From the NCBI GenBank assembly GCA_009103225.1, contig RHPI01002368.1:1025226-1089225 (forward strand): DNA of 64,000 nucleotides. Direction: 5' to 3'. A program made the translations under genes and the position numbers. Under the pieces are notes generated by a model. That model was not told where the DNA came from. It ran no database searches and saw only the letters and a program-made list of their open reading frames with translations. Positions 1-11,619 of the stretch are shown one piece after another; the first letter of the stretch is position 1, and each line of letters opens with the position of its first letter. This stretch comes from Chlorokybus atmophyticus (Eukaryota > Plantae > Mesostigma and Chlorokybus algae).

Positions 1-30
1 AGAGAGGAATCGTGATACACGCGCAGGCAG

Positions 31-629
31 TATATATGCGAGATTGATGGCGTGGCGCCGCACTCCATCAATCTGCGCGAGGTTGCAATTGGTAAATACG
101 CGTTCTTGTCGATGAACCTCGACGCCCTCGACATTGGTGAGGTGTACGCCGGCACCACAGCCGAACATCAGGTCTGAGACATGCTCTCTCATTCATGCTG
201 GGCAGGTCCACTGCCACGCCCCATGCACACACACGCACGCGCATGCGCACGCACCCCACGCCCACACACATACATGCGCACGCGCACGCGCACGGGCACA
301 CGCGCACGCGCCCACATGCACAGAGACTCACGCACGCACGCACGCACGCGCACGCGCGCGCGCGCCAGGTTTTGCGCAACGCGAGCGCTCTTGGACGCGT
401 CCTTCCCTCTGGCGTCCTCCAGTACGACAAGTCCTTGTCCGTGACGAGTACACTCGCTCCCTCCGTCGCGGGCTCAGAGGAAAGGCGTTCGCACTCCTCG
501 TGGCGGGAGGAAAGCCTCTTCTGCAACCGATGCAACGGGAGGCGCATGGTTCAGCGCTCGGAGGAGGAGAGAGCGCATCACCTTCGGGGACGTAACCTTC
601 CAGCCCGCCTACGCCGCTTGCTACCACAG
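31..629 (+). CDS. Putative spliced exons (about 31-171 and 369-629 or shorter) of an unidentified host gene, partial
   Basis: AG|TAT acceptor at 30/31, CAG|gtctga donor at 171/172, (CACG)/(CA)-rich intron, ccag|GTT acceptor at 368/369, CAG|gtcagg donor at 629/630. Joined frame reads YICEIDGVAPHSINLREVAIGKYAFLSMNLDALDIGEVYAGTTAEHQ|VLRNASALGRVLPSGVLQYDK. No family recognised, and the frame after ~430 is uncertain. Confidence 0.4.
224..365. repeat. (CA)/(CACG)/(CG) low-complexity tract, probably intronic
   Basis: Directly visible cacacacgcacgcgcatgcgcacgca... run. Confidence 0.85.
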
Positions 630-728
630 GTCAGGCACCACAAGCATGCGCGTGCGCGTGACAAACAACAGATTGAGGAATAGCCCGGTTGTAAGCGGCT
701 TTATGGCTGTTGACGGCTGATGTCACTC

Positions 729-765
729 GCACTAGCCTAGTGCAGATCACCCTCGGAGGGTGATC
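729..765. repeat. Two adjacent perfect palindromes
   Basis: GCACTAG-c-CTAGTGC (729-743) and GATCACCCTC-g-GAGGGTGATC (745-765). Confidence 0.9.
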
Positions 766-1433
766 CTTGCTGCTTGGTCAAGGATGGCGCACGGGTCCCG
801 GACCGTTGCGGCGGACGTGGTAGGCACATGTTGGGGGATGACAGGACACGACGGCGACGCCCCTCTCTGGCACAGGTTTATCATGTTGGCCAATGAGATG
901 GTAATGTGCAACTCTCTCCCACCTTGCGCAGAGGGCGTCACTAGGCATCTTTGCTCCCCTTCCTCTGTAGGTGCATATAGGGACAAGGCACGATGCTTAT
1001 TCATCCCATGCTACTGCGAGTCCAGCACCGCCCCGTGCTCATGATGGACACCCCTATCAAAAGTGCTATTGTGATATTTTGTTATTGTTGCCGTCAGCAC
1101 ACCTACTAAAATGCACCAAGATCCTACGCTGGAGCTGTGGACCGCGTTGTCTGTTTGCCGACGCCGCATCCAACACCAACACCATTGGAACATCCTTGTC
1201 TGACTTGTGGACATTGGCGCCAGCTCAGGCTCCCGGATGACTGATGAATTTATCGTGGACACTAAACTCATCAGAGCCCAGGAGGTGGGATGGCATGTGT
1301 GGCAGGGGAGACTGCGACCAGACAGGGCGAGAGCAAGCAGGCTGTGTGTGGCCAAGAGCGCGCACGCGGTCGTGGTGTAAAGGTGTGCGGGTGTGGATGC
1401 ACGTGTGTAAGAGATAAACACGTGTGTGTGGGG

Positions 1434-2316
1434 NNNNNNNNNNNNNNNNNNNNNNNNNNNNNNNNNNNNNNNNNNNNNNNNNNNNNNNNNNNNNNNNNNN
1501 NNNNNNNNNNNNNNNNNNNNNNNNNNNNNNNNNNNNNNNNNNNNNNNNNNNNNNNNNNNNNNNNNNNNNNNNNNNNNNNNNNNNNNNNNNNNNNNNNNNN
1601 NNNNNNNNNNNNNNNNNNNNNNNNNNNNNNNNNNNNNNNNNNNNNNNNNNNNNNNNNNNNNNNNNNNNNNNNNNNNNNNNNNNNNNNNNNNNNNNNNNNN
1701 NNNNNNNNNNNNNNNNNNNNNNNNNNNNNNNNNNNNNNNNNNNNNNNNNNNNNNNNNNNNNNNNNNNNNNNNNNNNNNNNNNNNNNNNNNNNNNNNNNNN
1801 NNNNNNNNNNNNNNNNNNNNNNNNNNNNNNNNNNNNNNNNNNNNNNNNNNNNNNNNNNNNNNNNNNNNNNNNNNNNNNNNNNNNNNNNNNNNNNNNNNNN
1901 NNNNNNNNNNNNNNNNNNNNNNNNNNNNNNNNNNNNNNNNNNNNNNNNNNNNNNNNNNNNNNNNNNNNNNNNNNNNNNNNNNNNNNNNNNNNNNNNNNNN
2001 NNNNNNNNNNNNNNNNNNNNNNNNNNNNNNNNNNNNNNNNNNNNNNNNNNNNNNNNNNNNNNNNNNNNNNNNNNNNNNNNNNNNNNNNNNNNNNNNNNNN
2101 NNNNNNNNNNNNNNNNNNNNNNNNNNNNNNNNNNNNNNNNNNNNNNNNNNNNNNNNNNNNNNNNNNNNNNNNNNNNNNNNNNNNNNNNNNNNNNNNNNNN
2201 NNNNNNNNNNNNNNNNNNNNNNNNNNNNNNNNNNNNNNNNNNNNNNNNNNNNNNNNNNNNNNNNNNNNNNNNNNNNNNNNNNNNNNNNNNNNNNNNNNNN
2301 NNNNNNNNNNNNNNNN
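1434..2316. other. Assembly gap (N run) flanked by GT-rich simple sequence
   Basis: Continuous Ns. A second short gap lies at 45351-45369, and single Ns at 21326, 21635, 55778 and 56855. Confidence 0.99.
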
Positions 2317-3461
2317 GGGGGGCAGGGGTGCGTCTGTCGGTAGGGTTATGGCAGGTGAAGAGCAGGCGGACGATGTTGTGCGTGCATGCATGTGTGTACG
2401 CAGGAGGCGCTGTGTGTGTGTTGGGGGTGGGGGAGGCGTGTATGTGCGTATGCGTGTGCAGGCTGCGTGTGTTCGTGTATGACTGTGCGCACGTGTTCAT
2501 GTGTCAGGTATATCTTCCACGAGTAAACGTTCTTGGGAGAGTACCGTGCGCAGGAACACGTGCAGAGGTGTACAACAGTACTCGTGTCTACGCAGGCCCT
2601 TGCACAGCAGGGATAAAAAGCTCAATGCAAGCATCCATTGAATCATCCATGGCATGCTCGTCATAAACAGCAAGGGTCTCGAGGCGCCTGCTGAAAGCGG
2701 ACGGTAACAGGATGGTCCGGTTGTTGCAGTGCGCGCTTGCTTGCAAACAGCACTAGTTTGATACTAGCATGCGGTCTATGCTGTAGAGCCTGAAGTAGAT
2801 ACTTGAGAGATCTCTGCTGAGGCGCTGTGCATACTGAGCGATGCAGTTCACTACAAACTTCCCCTATGATTGTAGATATCTGCTCTATCCATGGAAATAT
2901 GGACGTTGTCAATATTTATCTATATATTTATCTATATATATTGCAAACCCCCAACGGAAGTATACCAGGGAAAACAAATCCATAAACAATGCTACAAAAA
3001 CTACTGTTTGCATCTACAGTGTCAAGATGTGTATTCATACACATCGCGATAAAACCAAGGCAAATGTGGGAAAATGTCGCCCACAAAATCAATGCAATGT
3101 CTATTACTACATTGCCACATCTATAATTAGGTCTATAGTAGATGTGAATGCGGGCTGCCCGTCTCATGGTTGGAGAGGCAGCAATAAACTACCCATAATG
3201 TTATTGATTAATCAATGTCTACATTATCCCTGATGTTTCTCTACAATGTCAATGTTTGCGTGGGTCATGGGGTCCAACGTCGAACTATGCTCGATCACAG
3301 GCGCATAACTACATCTACATTATCAACATGTTTATGGATGCTGTATACATGCCCTATCCTTGGATGTGGTTATAGACACAATCGTTACTCTCACCACACA
3401 ATTGTTGATATAGTACATATCTGCAATAGTGGGGGAAGTTTGTCGTGGTTGTCGTGCCAGG

Positions 3462-3504
3462 TATAATTATAATTATAATTATAATTATAATTATAATTAT
3501 AATT
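3462..3504. repeat. (ATAATT)n microsatellite, about 7 units
   Basis: Directly visible. Confidence 0.95.
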
Positions 3505-3576
3505 AGTTGCAAACAAGCTTCACCTCACCTCATTTGCGGCATGCTCAGGCGTGTTTATATGCTGCGTGTTACAAGC

Positions 3577-3617
3577 ACATGTGTGGACAGCTTGCCTAGC
3601 AAGCTGTCCACACATGT
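3577..3617. repeat. Perfect 19-bp inverted repeat with 3-nt loop
   Basis: ACATGTGTGGACAGCTTGC-cta-GCAAGCTGTCCACACATGT. Confidence 0.95.
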
Positions 3618-4656
3618 CACAGGCGGCACAAGCTCAAATTTGGGCGCTGTTGGCAGCGAGGAGGATGGACTGATGTTGTCGGTGAGTAACCGTGCCGCGA
3701 GTCACGGTGAAAGCAGGCAGCTTTGCTGACGAGTGACTTGAAACCCTCCAGCGCATCTGAATCAAAGGTTACAACGATGCTCAACAGGAAGTTCTTGTGT
3801 ATGCAAGGCACATGACGCAGATCAACATGCCCTGCACAGTGCAGAATTCAAGACTGACGTGCCATGCACGTGCATGCGACGGTATTGCCGACATGACTTA
3901 CCGTATTACGAATTCCATGAAACAACCCACTTGTGTACCCCATCTTATATTTAACTTTTCGCGTATGCGGTGGTTCGTTCGCCATTGTAGCCGAGCTATA
4001 AGCTCAAACCATGGTCTAATCATCTTGCTAAGTTAGTCCTGCCTACATTATACTCATTCTTCTATCCTCTGCCAAGCGTGCATGCGCTAATTGCTGCTCG
4101 CAGGGAGGTTAGTGCGGACAGAGTTGTGAGTCTCCCGCTACTTACACAGCTTGCCAGCCTCTCATGCGTTGTCACTAATGTTAAGCTAAACGTCGCCATA
4201 GTATATGTTGGCATTCTTCCCGCACCCAAAGAGCTTGCACGCCTGCAGTCAGCACCAGATGTGAGACGTGCGTGCGTGCATGCGTGTGATGGGACCTTGC
4301 GCACATTGCTGTAGTTGCCGTTGCCAGTGTAGTATGCCCAATATGTGCAGGCGAGGTTGGTCGTGCACTTACGGCAGCAGCTGTTGGCATCGCGAACGCG
4401 GTTGATCCGCTTGATGCAGTACAGCGGGCGAGGTTTATCCACAACCCGGTGGGCAGTGGCCCCGAGCACAAGGACTTGCACGCTGTCGCCATGGAGACGC
4501 TTCTGTACAGGGGGAGCGGTCAATCAACCAAAGCAAGGTGCATGCACTCACGCACACATGCACTCACACCCGCGACCACGCGCACGCCCACACACTCAGC
4601 ACTCAGGCAGCATCTGCACTGCACAGCAACTTGTGCCAGTGGCAACACACCAGTTC

Positions 4657-5466
4657 AGAATTTAAACGAGAAGGTACATTCAATAACCATAGATCGACAA
4701 TAAAAGCACCAAGGTTTTTTCTATGGTCGAGTGGAATGTGACATTGGTCATCGGAGCTTGAGACACGGGTTCGATTCCTACCTTGCACACGAATTCCGCG
4801 GTCGTCGTTTCTCAATTCATTCAAATCGTAAATGGTTAATTCATGACTACCATCATCGATTGGTCGCGACATGCTGGTCGCGATGCGACCTGTGGGCCCG
4901 GCACCGGCGCGCTATGCGCGCGTTAACCGGTATGGGCCTAAATTGGCCAGCCCTTTGGCTGTGGGGCCGATGACCGACCTTAACAAACCCCTGGACGATT
5001 CCCCATCTGAGCATGGGCAGCTGCTAAGGACATCACTGTTCTTAAGTGTTTTTAGATGGGGGGGAATGTAACGGGAAGGTACCGTAAATAACCACAGATC
5101 GACAATGCTGCCACGTTCAGCTAAAAAATTATCCCAGGGGTTTGATCAGGGTTGGTCACCGGTCCCACTGCCCAAGGACCGGCCAATTTAGGCCCGTACC
5201 GATCTACGCGCGCATAGCGCGCCGCTGCCGGCCCCACAGGTCGCATTGCGACCAGCATGTTGCGACCAATCAATGATGGTAGTCATGAACTAACTATGTA
5301 TGATTTGAGTGGATCGAGAAACAACGACCGCGGAATTCGTGCAAGGCAAAAATTGAACCCGGGTCTTAAGCTCCTATGACAAATGTCACAGACCATTCAA
5401 CCATAAAAGACTTGGCGCTATTATGGTCGATTTGTGGTTATTAAATGTACCTTCCCGTTACATTCT
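4657..5466. mobile_element. Fold-back (long inverted repeat) non-autonomous element with tRNA-type internal promoter boxes
   Basis: Arms ~4657-4995 and ~5130-5466 are imperfect reverse complements. Termini AGAAT...ATTCT. Flanks agttc (4652-4656) and aattc (5467-5471) form a near-perfect 5-bp TSD. An extra copy of the terminal motif (GAATGTAACGGGAAGGTAC) lies at ~5064-5082. Confidence 0.8.
4724..4778 (+). promoter_or_regulatory. tRNA-like Pol III A-box/B-box pair (left arm)
   Basis: TGGTCGAGTGG (4724-4734) and GGTTCGATTCC (4768-4778), 44 nt start-to-start as in tRNA genes. A degenerate mirror copy is on the minus strand at 5403-5393 and 5359-5349 with the same spacing. Confidence 0.65.
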
Positions 5467-6599
5467 AATTCGTAAAACCCTTGTTCGCAGATGCAGTGCT
5501 AGCCGCCAGTCACAGGCTGGCAGCGGCCATTGGGGCCGCACGGGTTGGGATGCGGGCAGATGGTGCACACAGACAAGCAACAAGTTGGTCGACACTGGCA
5601 AGCCTTGCCAGCTCATGGACATGCAGTCCCACAAGCATAGTATGCACACTTGCTGCACCCCCTTCACGCTCTACTCACCATTAGGTGGTGGCAATGGCGG
5701 GGGTAGTGGGGGTTGATGGCGAGGGGTGGGTGGGTGGATGCGATGCCGGAGGCGGTGGGGGTGATGGCTGTCACGTTGATTTCTCAACTTACCCAATAAG
5801 AGCGTCACACTTACAAACTTCTACACAAGCAGATGAACTTCACCACACACCTTGCAACAGGCAACAATTCAAAAAGGAGTTGGATGGGAGAGCACCCTTC
5901 AACAGCTTTAGCCAGGCACCCCACACACAGGTAGTTCTTGCAAGGCCAATAACTCCTTACCACCACAATGTGGTGATAGCCATGCCTTATACTACCCGCT
6001 GCTCTCCGACCTGACACCTCAGATGTCTAAGGCCAACAAGCCCTTGCCACCTGTGCGCTGATTCGTCAGCACAGGCTGACTTTGTCCACCCTCCGACACA
6101 TCATAGGCAGCACTCTTGGCGCTATAGCGAGCATGCGCGCGCATACTCGCTTAACACTGACCAATCTTGTACTTACTGGTAAATGGTGTCTTGTGTAGCT
6201 GCTATGTCCTTATGCACTGGGTACATAATGACTGACTTCATGAGCACATATGCCAAGTGCTACACACACATGGTTATACGGAATCCGCACTTAGTCAATT
6301 TTACTTGCCACATAAGTATGGAACTGAGAGTGACATTCGCCAGTCCTATGGACGTAACATTTCTCCCCACCTGTACTGCAACTTCCATGTTGCAAACTAT
6401 TAGAGCACAAGCCCCGCACGATGATTGCCAGCGAGGGTGGTCAACCCTTCTGAACCACCGCACACTATGCGTAAAACAAGTGCAAGTCATGGGAGTGACA
6501 ACCAACTCTGATACTCAATAACAGGGCGCGCTTGTTGGCATGTCATAGAAGAGAATGTTGCACATTGCAACTGAGCACAAGCTCTGAAGCACAAGCTCC

Positions 6600-9500
6600 C
6601 TTAAGTGGCCCCCGTAGATTTGAGCTCACTCATAAACTCTTCCAACTTAGCAGTACAGTTTGCCAAGTTAGAAATTGGCTCCCACAGTTATGCTGTTCAC
6701 CATAACCCGACCACTTTACAAGGTACTCAATTCGGAAGCCCTTCCTAAACTTCTTAAACCGTTTGCCAACAATGGCCTCAACCTCATACTCAAGGTCACC
6801 CTCTACCTCAATAGGAGGTGGAGGTGGCTGTACTTTAATATCACTCTTGTATGGTTTGAGCAGCGCCTTGTGAAATACATTGTGGACACGCATGCTCTTT
6901 GGCAACTCCAGTTTAAAGGCACGTGATCCCACAGTTGCAGAGACAATGAACGGCCCAAGCCACCCGGGCAGCAGCTAACATACACCACCGGTCCTAAGCC
7001 AAATGTTCTTAGTGCTTAACAAGACCTTATCCTAAACCTTTAGACCTTTTCCAAGCCTGCGCTGCCGATTAGCATACATCTTATGCCGATCCTGAGCTGC
7101 TTTCATCTTCTTAAGTCTTTGGCACTTGCCAACACAGCGTGCATTTGCTCTGTAAAGTCTCTAGCGGTAGGCACTTTCTTAGATGGCTGAACTTGCAGAG
7201 ACATTGGCGTCACAGGATGCCTACCATAGTTAAAAAAGAATGGAATGTTGTGCAATAACTCTTGCCACGCATTGTTTACTGCGAACTCAACCAATTCAGA
7301 TGCAATTCCCAGTCATCAACCCTGGGTGAAGCGTAGTGTGGCAACGCGTCTTCCTACACTTGGTTCGCACGCTCCGTCTGCCCATCACTCTGTGGATGGT
7401 AAGCGCTTAAGCTCTGCTTAATCCCCAAGTACTGACACACAGCTTGCCATATCCGACTGGTAAACTTGCAGTCACGGTCAAATACCAACTCTTTGAGTAC
7501 CCCGTGCAGCTTGAGTACCGTGTTCATAGAAGCATATGCAAACTTTTGCGCACTCATGCTAGTGCGACAGGGTTCAGACCGGACCATCTTAGTAAGTCAG
7601 TCGACAAAGACAATGATGGCACCATGCCCTCTTATTGTCTCATGCAGATTTGTGATGTATAATCTGATCCACACTCACACTTTTCCACTGATAGCTTGGG
7701 ATAGCTAGCGGCTTCAACAGCCCAGCTGGCTTATGGTATAAGGCCTTCACATTAACAATTGCCACAGCTCTGTAGATTTTTTTGTTGCAGCCATAGTAGG
7801 CCACCAGTACATTCGCTGTAGTAACTTGATGGTTTTGGTCATTCCCATGTGACCACTGTACGCTGCATTGTGTGCCTCAAACAAGCACTCTCCCCTAAGG
7901 TCAACTGCCATCGGCATAATCAGCTTGCCCTCACGGTACCATATACCTTTGTGACAAGTGATCTTGTCGTTTCTTTACTTTAGCAACTCAACAAACCAGT
8001 TGTCGAGTGCACAAGCCTGCAATACATGTGCAGCAATGTCTTGCACATCAGCGAGTGGGTCCTCCCCACTTGCATCAGCAAATGCCATTGCTTCAGTACA
8101 GATTGATTCACCTGCAATTGGCAACTCTTCGGAACAAGCCTCGCTTGGTTGCGATTCAGATTGCCTTTGCACCTGAGACCTGTTTGTTGCTCCCATTCTT
8201 AGGGTTGTGCTCCCTTTCTTGGGGTGCACGCTAGCCCGTGTCATTGCTGCCAACAACAGAGTCCAGCGACTTTCGGGATCTGCCACGTACACTCTCTCTG
8301 ATTTGTATACCCAAGTGAAGTTGAATCAATCATGACGAGTCATCAGCCCACCGTGCTTGTCTCCTCGACAAAGTTGATTAGGTTCGAAAGAAAACAACGG
8401 GTTTATGGTCCGTCACCACCGTAGACCTTCCTTCCTCCCCCTCTTGATAGCAGCGCCACTCCTGTAGCGCATGAATTACCCCCAACTCTTGCTCAGTTGT
8501 GGTATGATTTCTCTCAGCTAGAGAGAACTTCTTGCTCAAGTATGCAAGCGGGTATCCCTCTTAGAGCATTACTGCGTCAGTGCCATTAAGGGATGCATCA
8601 CTCACAACCTTAAAGTGCTTGGTGAAGTCATGCAGATGTAACATAGATGCTGTTAACAAGGCCTCGTTGATGGACTCACATGCTCTTTGGTGCCCACCTC
8701 CACACAACTCTGTACACGTAACAAGTTGGTGAGGGGTGCCACTCTGGATGAGTAACCAAAAATGTACTTCCGAAAATAGACCCAGACCCAGACCCACACT
8801 CAGACCCAGGAAGGCACGCAACTCGTGCACATTCTTAGGAGCAGGCCAATTTTTAACCTTTTGCAACCTTTTTGGGATCATGGCACACGCCCTTTGCACT
8901 TGCAATGTGCCCCAAGAATCCCAGCTCTGTTTTCCTGAATTCATTTGTAGGCATATACGCAAAGAACTTGTTGGCACGCAACGTGTCCAACATCTCACGC
9001 ACATGTAAAGCATGTGACTTAGGGTCCTTACGGAATACCACAATGTCATCCATGTACACAAATTGTGTGTTCCCAATCAACTTATGGAACACCCGGTTCA
9101 TTATAGCTTGGAAAGTAGCTGGCGCATTTGTGAGCCCAAAAGGTAGTACCTTGTACTGGCAGTGGCCCACAAGCGTTTTTAAAGCTGTTGTAAGCACATC
9201 TTCCAGGGCAATCCGTATCTGGTGGTATTAAATAATCACGTCCAATGAACTAAGTACCGAGGCTCCGCTGAGTCTTTAACATATCATCAATCCTTGGCGA
9301 TGAGTACTTATTCTTGATGGTGAGCTTGTTTATAGCCCTATATTTACCCACATGCGTAGCCTGCCGTCCTTTTTAGGTACGAACAGAATGGGTACTCCAA
9401 AGGGAGAGCTACTTAAGTCAATCAATTTCTTTGCAAGCAATGCTGATTTGCTTCTCTATGTCCGCATGTTTAGCTGGACTCAGCATATACACATGTTTGA

Positions 9501-10542
9501 ACGGAGATTGGGCACCCGTCACGAGAGGGATGGTATGCCAGATTTCCCTCTCAGGTGGCATCTCAGTAAACCAGTGCCCTTCCCAGAACGGAAGTCAACT
9601 TTCATGATGAAAGCTTTCGGAATGTTTTGAAACATGCTCACAATTGGTCTATCCCTTTTGTCACCTACGAAACTTTCCGTTTATTGACGGAAGCCTTAAA
9701 GGGCTATTCACGGAAGGTTTCAACCTCGATATCATTGAGTTTCATTGATAATGTCATATCATAATGACCTATATTTATTTATACATATATATACATATAC
9801 ACATACGAGATGATGTATATGCTAATAGCAATTATGCAATATGCGTATATCAAGGTACGACATGTATGTTGATTGCTTATCAGACACTTTTCGTGCTGTT
9901 ATGGTCATTTACGGCAATTCCGGAAGGCACCCGACATATATAAGCAAAGGATACGTTAAACTCTTGTCATTTTCAAGAAGCTTCCCTTTGTGCGGAAGTA
10001 ACAGGAAGTCCACGTCTAAACCCACGGAGTGAACCAAGTATACATCTCAGGCAGCTGGGCTCGAAACACATCAAAATACTCTTGCAGAAGAAATCCTCAA
10101 GAGCCTCCAGTGCTGTGTCATGCTCATTGCCAACAGTCTCACCCAGTGAAGTGGAACTCTCGTCAGCAAATGGCTTGACCAATACCACAAGAGGTGTAGC
10201 ACCTTTCTTCACAGCTCTCTTCACCTGCATGGCACTCATCAACAGTGGTAATGCATCACTAGAGACAAGGGAAGTATCATCACATCCCTATGTTGTGTAT
10301 TTTCTGAGGGTCACACGCCCTCTTCCTTTGCGAACACCGCATATGCTAGTGTCTGCATCTATGCGCATGCCATTCGCACACTCTAGATGAGCACCAACAA
10401 TGACATCAACACCTGGTACTTTTACTGGACCACAAGAAACCTAAGTTCAGCATGATAGCCTTGCACACGCAACGCCAGACGCACAAACCCCTTTACTGGA
10501 ATCTCATGGTCATCCAGCGTGGCTGTTGTCTTGGTGGCTTTT
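6600..10542 (-). mobile_element. pol: Degenerate Ty3/Gypsy chromovirus pol (PR-RT-RH-IN-chromodomain)
   Basis: Protease-like VDVIVG region (~10400), RT VLPFGLTNAPATFQ and YMDD (8853-9197), RNase H VVSDAS (~8600), integrase HPQSDGQTERAN (7354-7587), GPF-like VHNVFH plus chromodomain YEVEAIV...EYLVKWSGY (6630-6932). Many frameshifts. LTRs not resolved. Confidence 0.93.
9567..10042. mobile_element. 476-bp AT-rich insertion with 8-bp TSD
   Basis: CATCTCAG at 9559-9566 and 10043-10050. Removing the insert restores the Gypsy frame QLPEMPPEREI. Several CGGAAG motifs near both ends; only weak terminal symmetry (TAAAC.../...GTATA). Confidence 0.85.
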
Positions 10543-10982
10543 ACCGGTGGAAATGGCCCCCCTTGCCCACAACTTAAATGGAGATCCAACTATAACTTAA
10601 TTAGGGTGTAAGCAACATATCGATATTTGCAATTTTTCCTGCTGCATCCACAACTTAGTTTGGTATCCAGCTACCATAAGGAAAAGTAGTTGGTGTGCAT
10701 AAAGTTTGGTATTTGTCTTTCTTGAATTTTATGGCCACATCCTATACTTATTTTTGGTGAGATCATGTATCAAGGGGATTGATCTTAATGCGTGATCCAA
10801 CCAGAAATGTTATGGCCGCAGTTCGCGGCCAAAAAACAAAAAGTTGTACCGCGGGGGAGCTCGCAGCTCCATTGCCAAGGTTCGAACCTGCATGGACAAA
10901 CCTGTCAAAATCACAAATAACAACCTACGACCCAAGTACTGACCGATCAGACTATGACACGCAACATTTTGCACCGCGTTTG
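10543..10982. repeat. Dispersed repeat 'X', copy 1 (~440 bp), truncating the chromovirus
   Basis: Colinear with 42516-42949 (shared ACCGGT(G/A)GAAATG start and CAACTTAAATGGAGATC, CCTGCTGCA-CCACAACTTAG blocks). B-box-like GGTTCGAACC at 10879-10888. Confidence 0.85.
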
Positions 10983-11619
10983 TAAAGTTATATTCTTTAC
11001 AGCGGCTGCCTCAATTGTCTCGTGCCGCAACGCATGCATGTCAGGTGTATTGCATTTATGTATTAGCGTTACGCAATGCTTGTACCAACACCTGCATACA
11101 ATAGCACTAGGCTACCCTCGTCGGTAAACAATGCTGACAGGTGTATGTATACATATGTATGTAAATATGCATTATTAGATGTAATTTATGATAATTATAT
11201 ATAAGAAATGTGTATATAAATATATTGTAAAAATACATAGTAATAGTGTATCATTGTTTGAATCAAATAATGTATGCACATAACAACATGACAAGGGACA
11301 TGTTATGTATATACATACACATATACATGTGTATATTCACGCATTGACACACGCCAGCTGATTGGCTGGTGAGTCTATCTACAACGGCTCTCCCCTGCCC
11401 CACGTCAGAGGACGCACAGGGGAGAGCACGCTGTGCGCTGTCACGTCACCATGCCCTGCACCGCCAGGCATGGCGCCGCCCCCGATGCCAGCTGCACCGG
11501 CCTCATAAGCGGTGCTCAGAGGCAGAGCAGCTGGCAGCCTTGCCACGCATGGCAAGGCCTTAGCTGCTGCGGCAGTTGCCGCCGCAGTTGTTGTTCTCGT
11601 CGGCGCCGGAGGCGCCATT

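Larger units (their letters stand above)
4186..5770 (-). pseudogene. Disrupted gene for a Pro-rich, EGF-like + PAN/Apple-like extracellular protein
   Basis: Minus strand: Pro-rich segment (~5680-5770), then PNPCGPNGRCQPVTGG*HCICEQGFYE (EGF-like, ~5470-5560, in-frame TAG where Tyr is expected). Exon 4305-4502 ends SCCRKCTTNLACTYWAYYTGNGNYSN and splices across GT-AG intron 4243-4304 to ACKLFGCGKNANIYYGDV* (4186-4242). Interrupted by the element at 4657-5466. Confidence 0.65.

Noticed and set aside
38-78. Small inverted repeat GATTGATGG...CCATCAATC
   Set aside because: Short, and lies within a plausible coding exon; no other support.
1225-2666. Long ORFs spanning 1225-2666
   Set aside because: Artefacts of translating through the N gap and GT/CA repeats.
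4712-4790. Genuine tRNA gene
   Set aside because: A and B boxes are present but I cannot fold a convincing acceptor or anticodon stem, and the mirror copy is degenerate. Treated as tRNA-derived.
6505-6530. PBS-like TGAGTATCAGAG on the minus strand
   Set aside because: No TG...CA-bounded LTR adjoins it and it is on the wrong side of the chromovirus.
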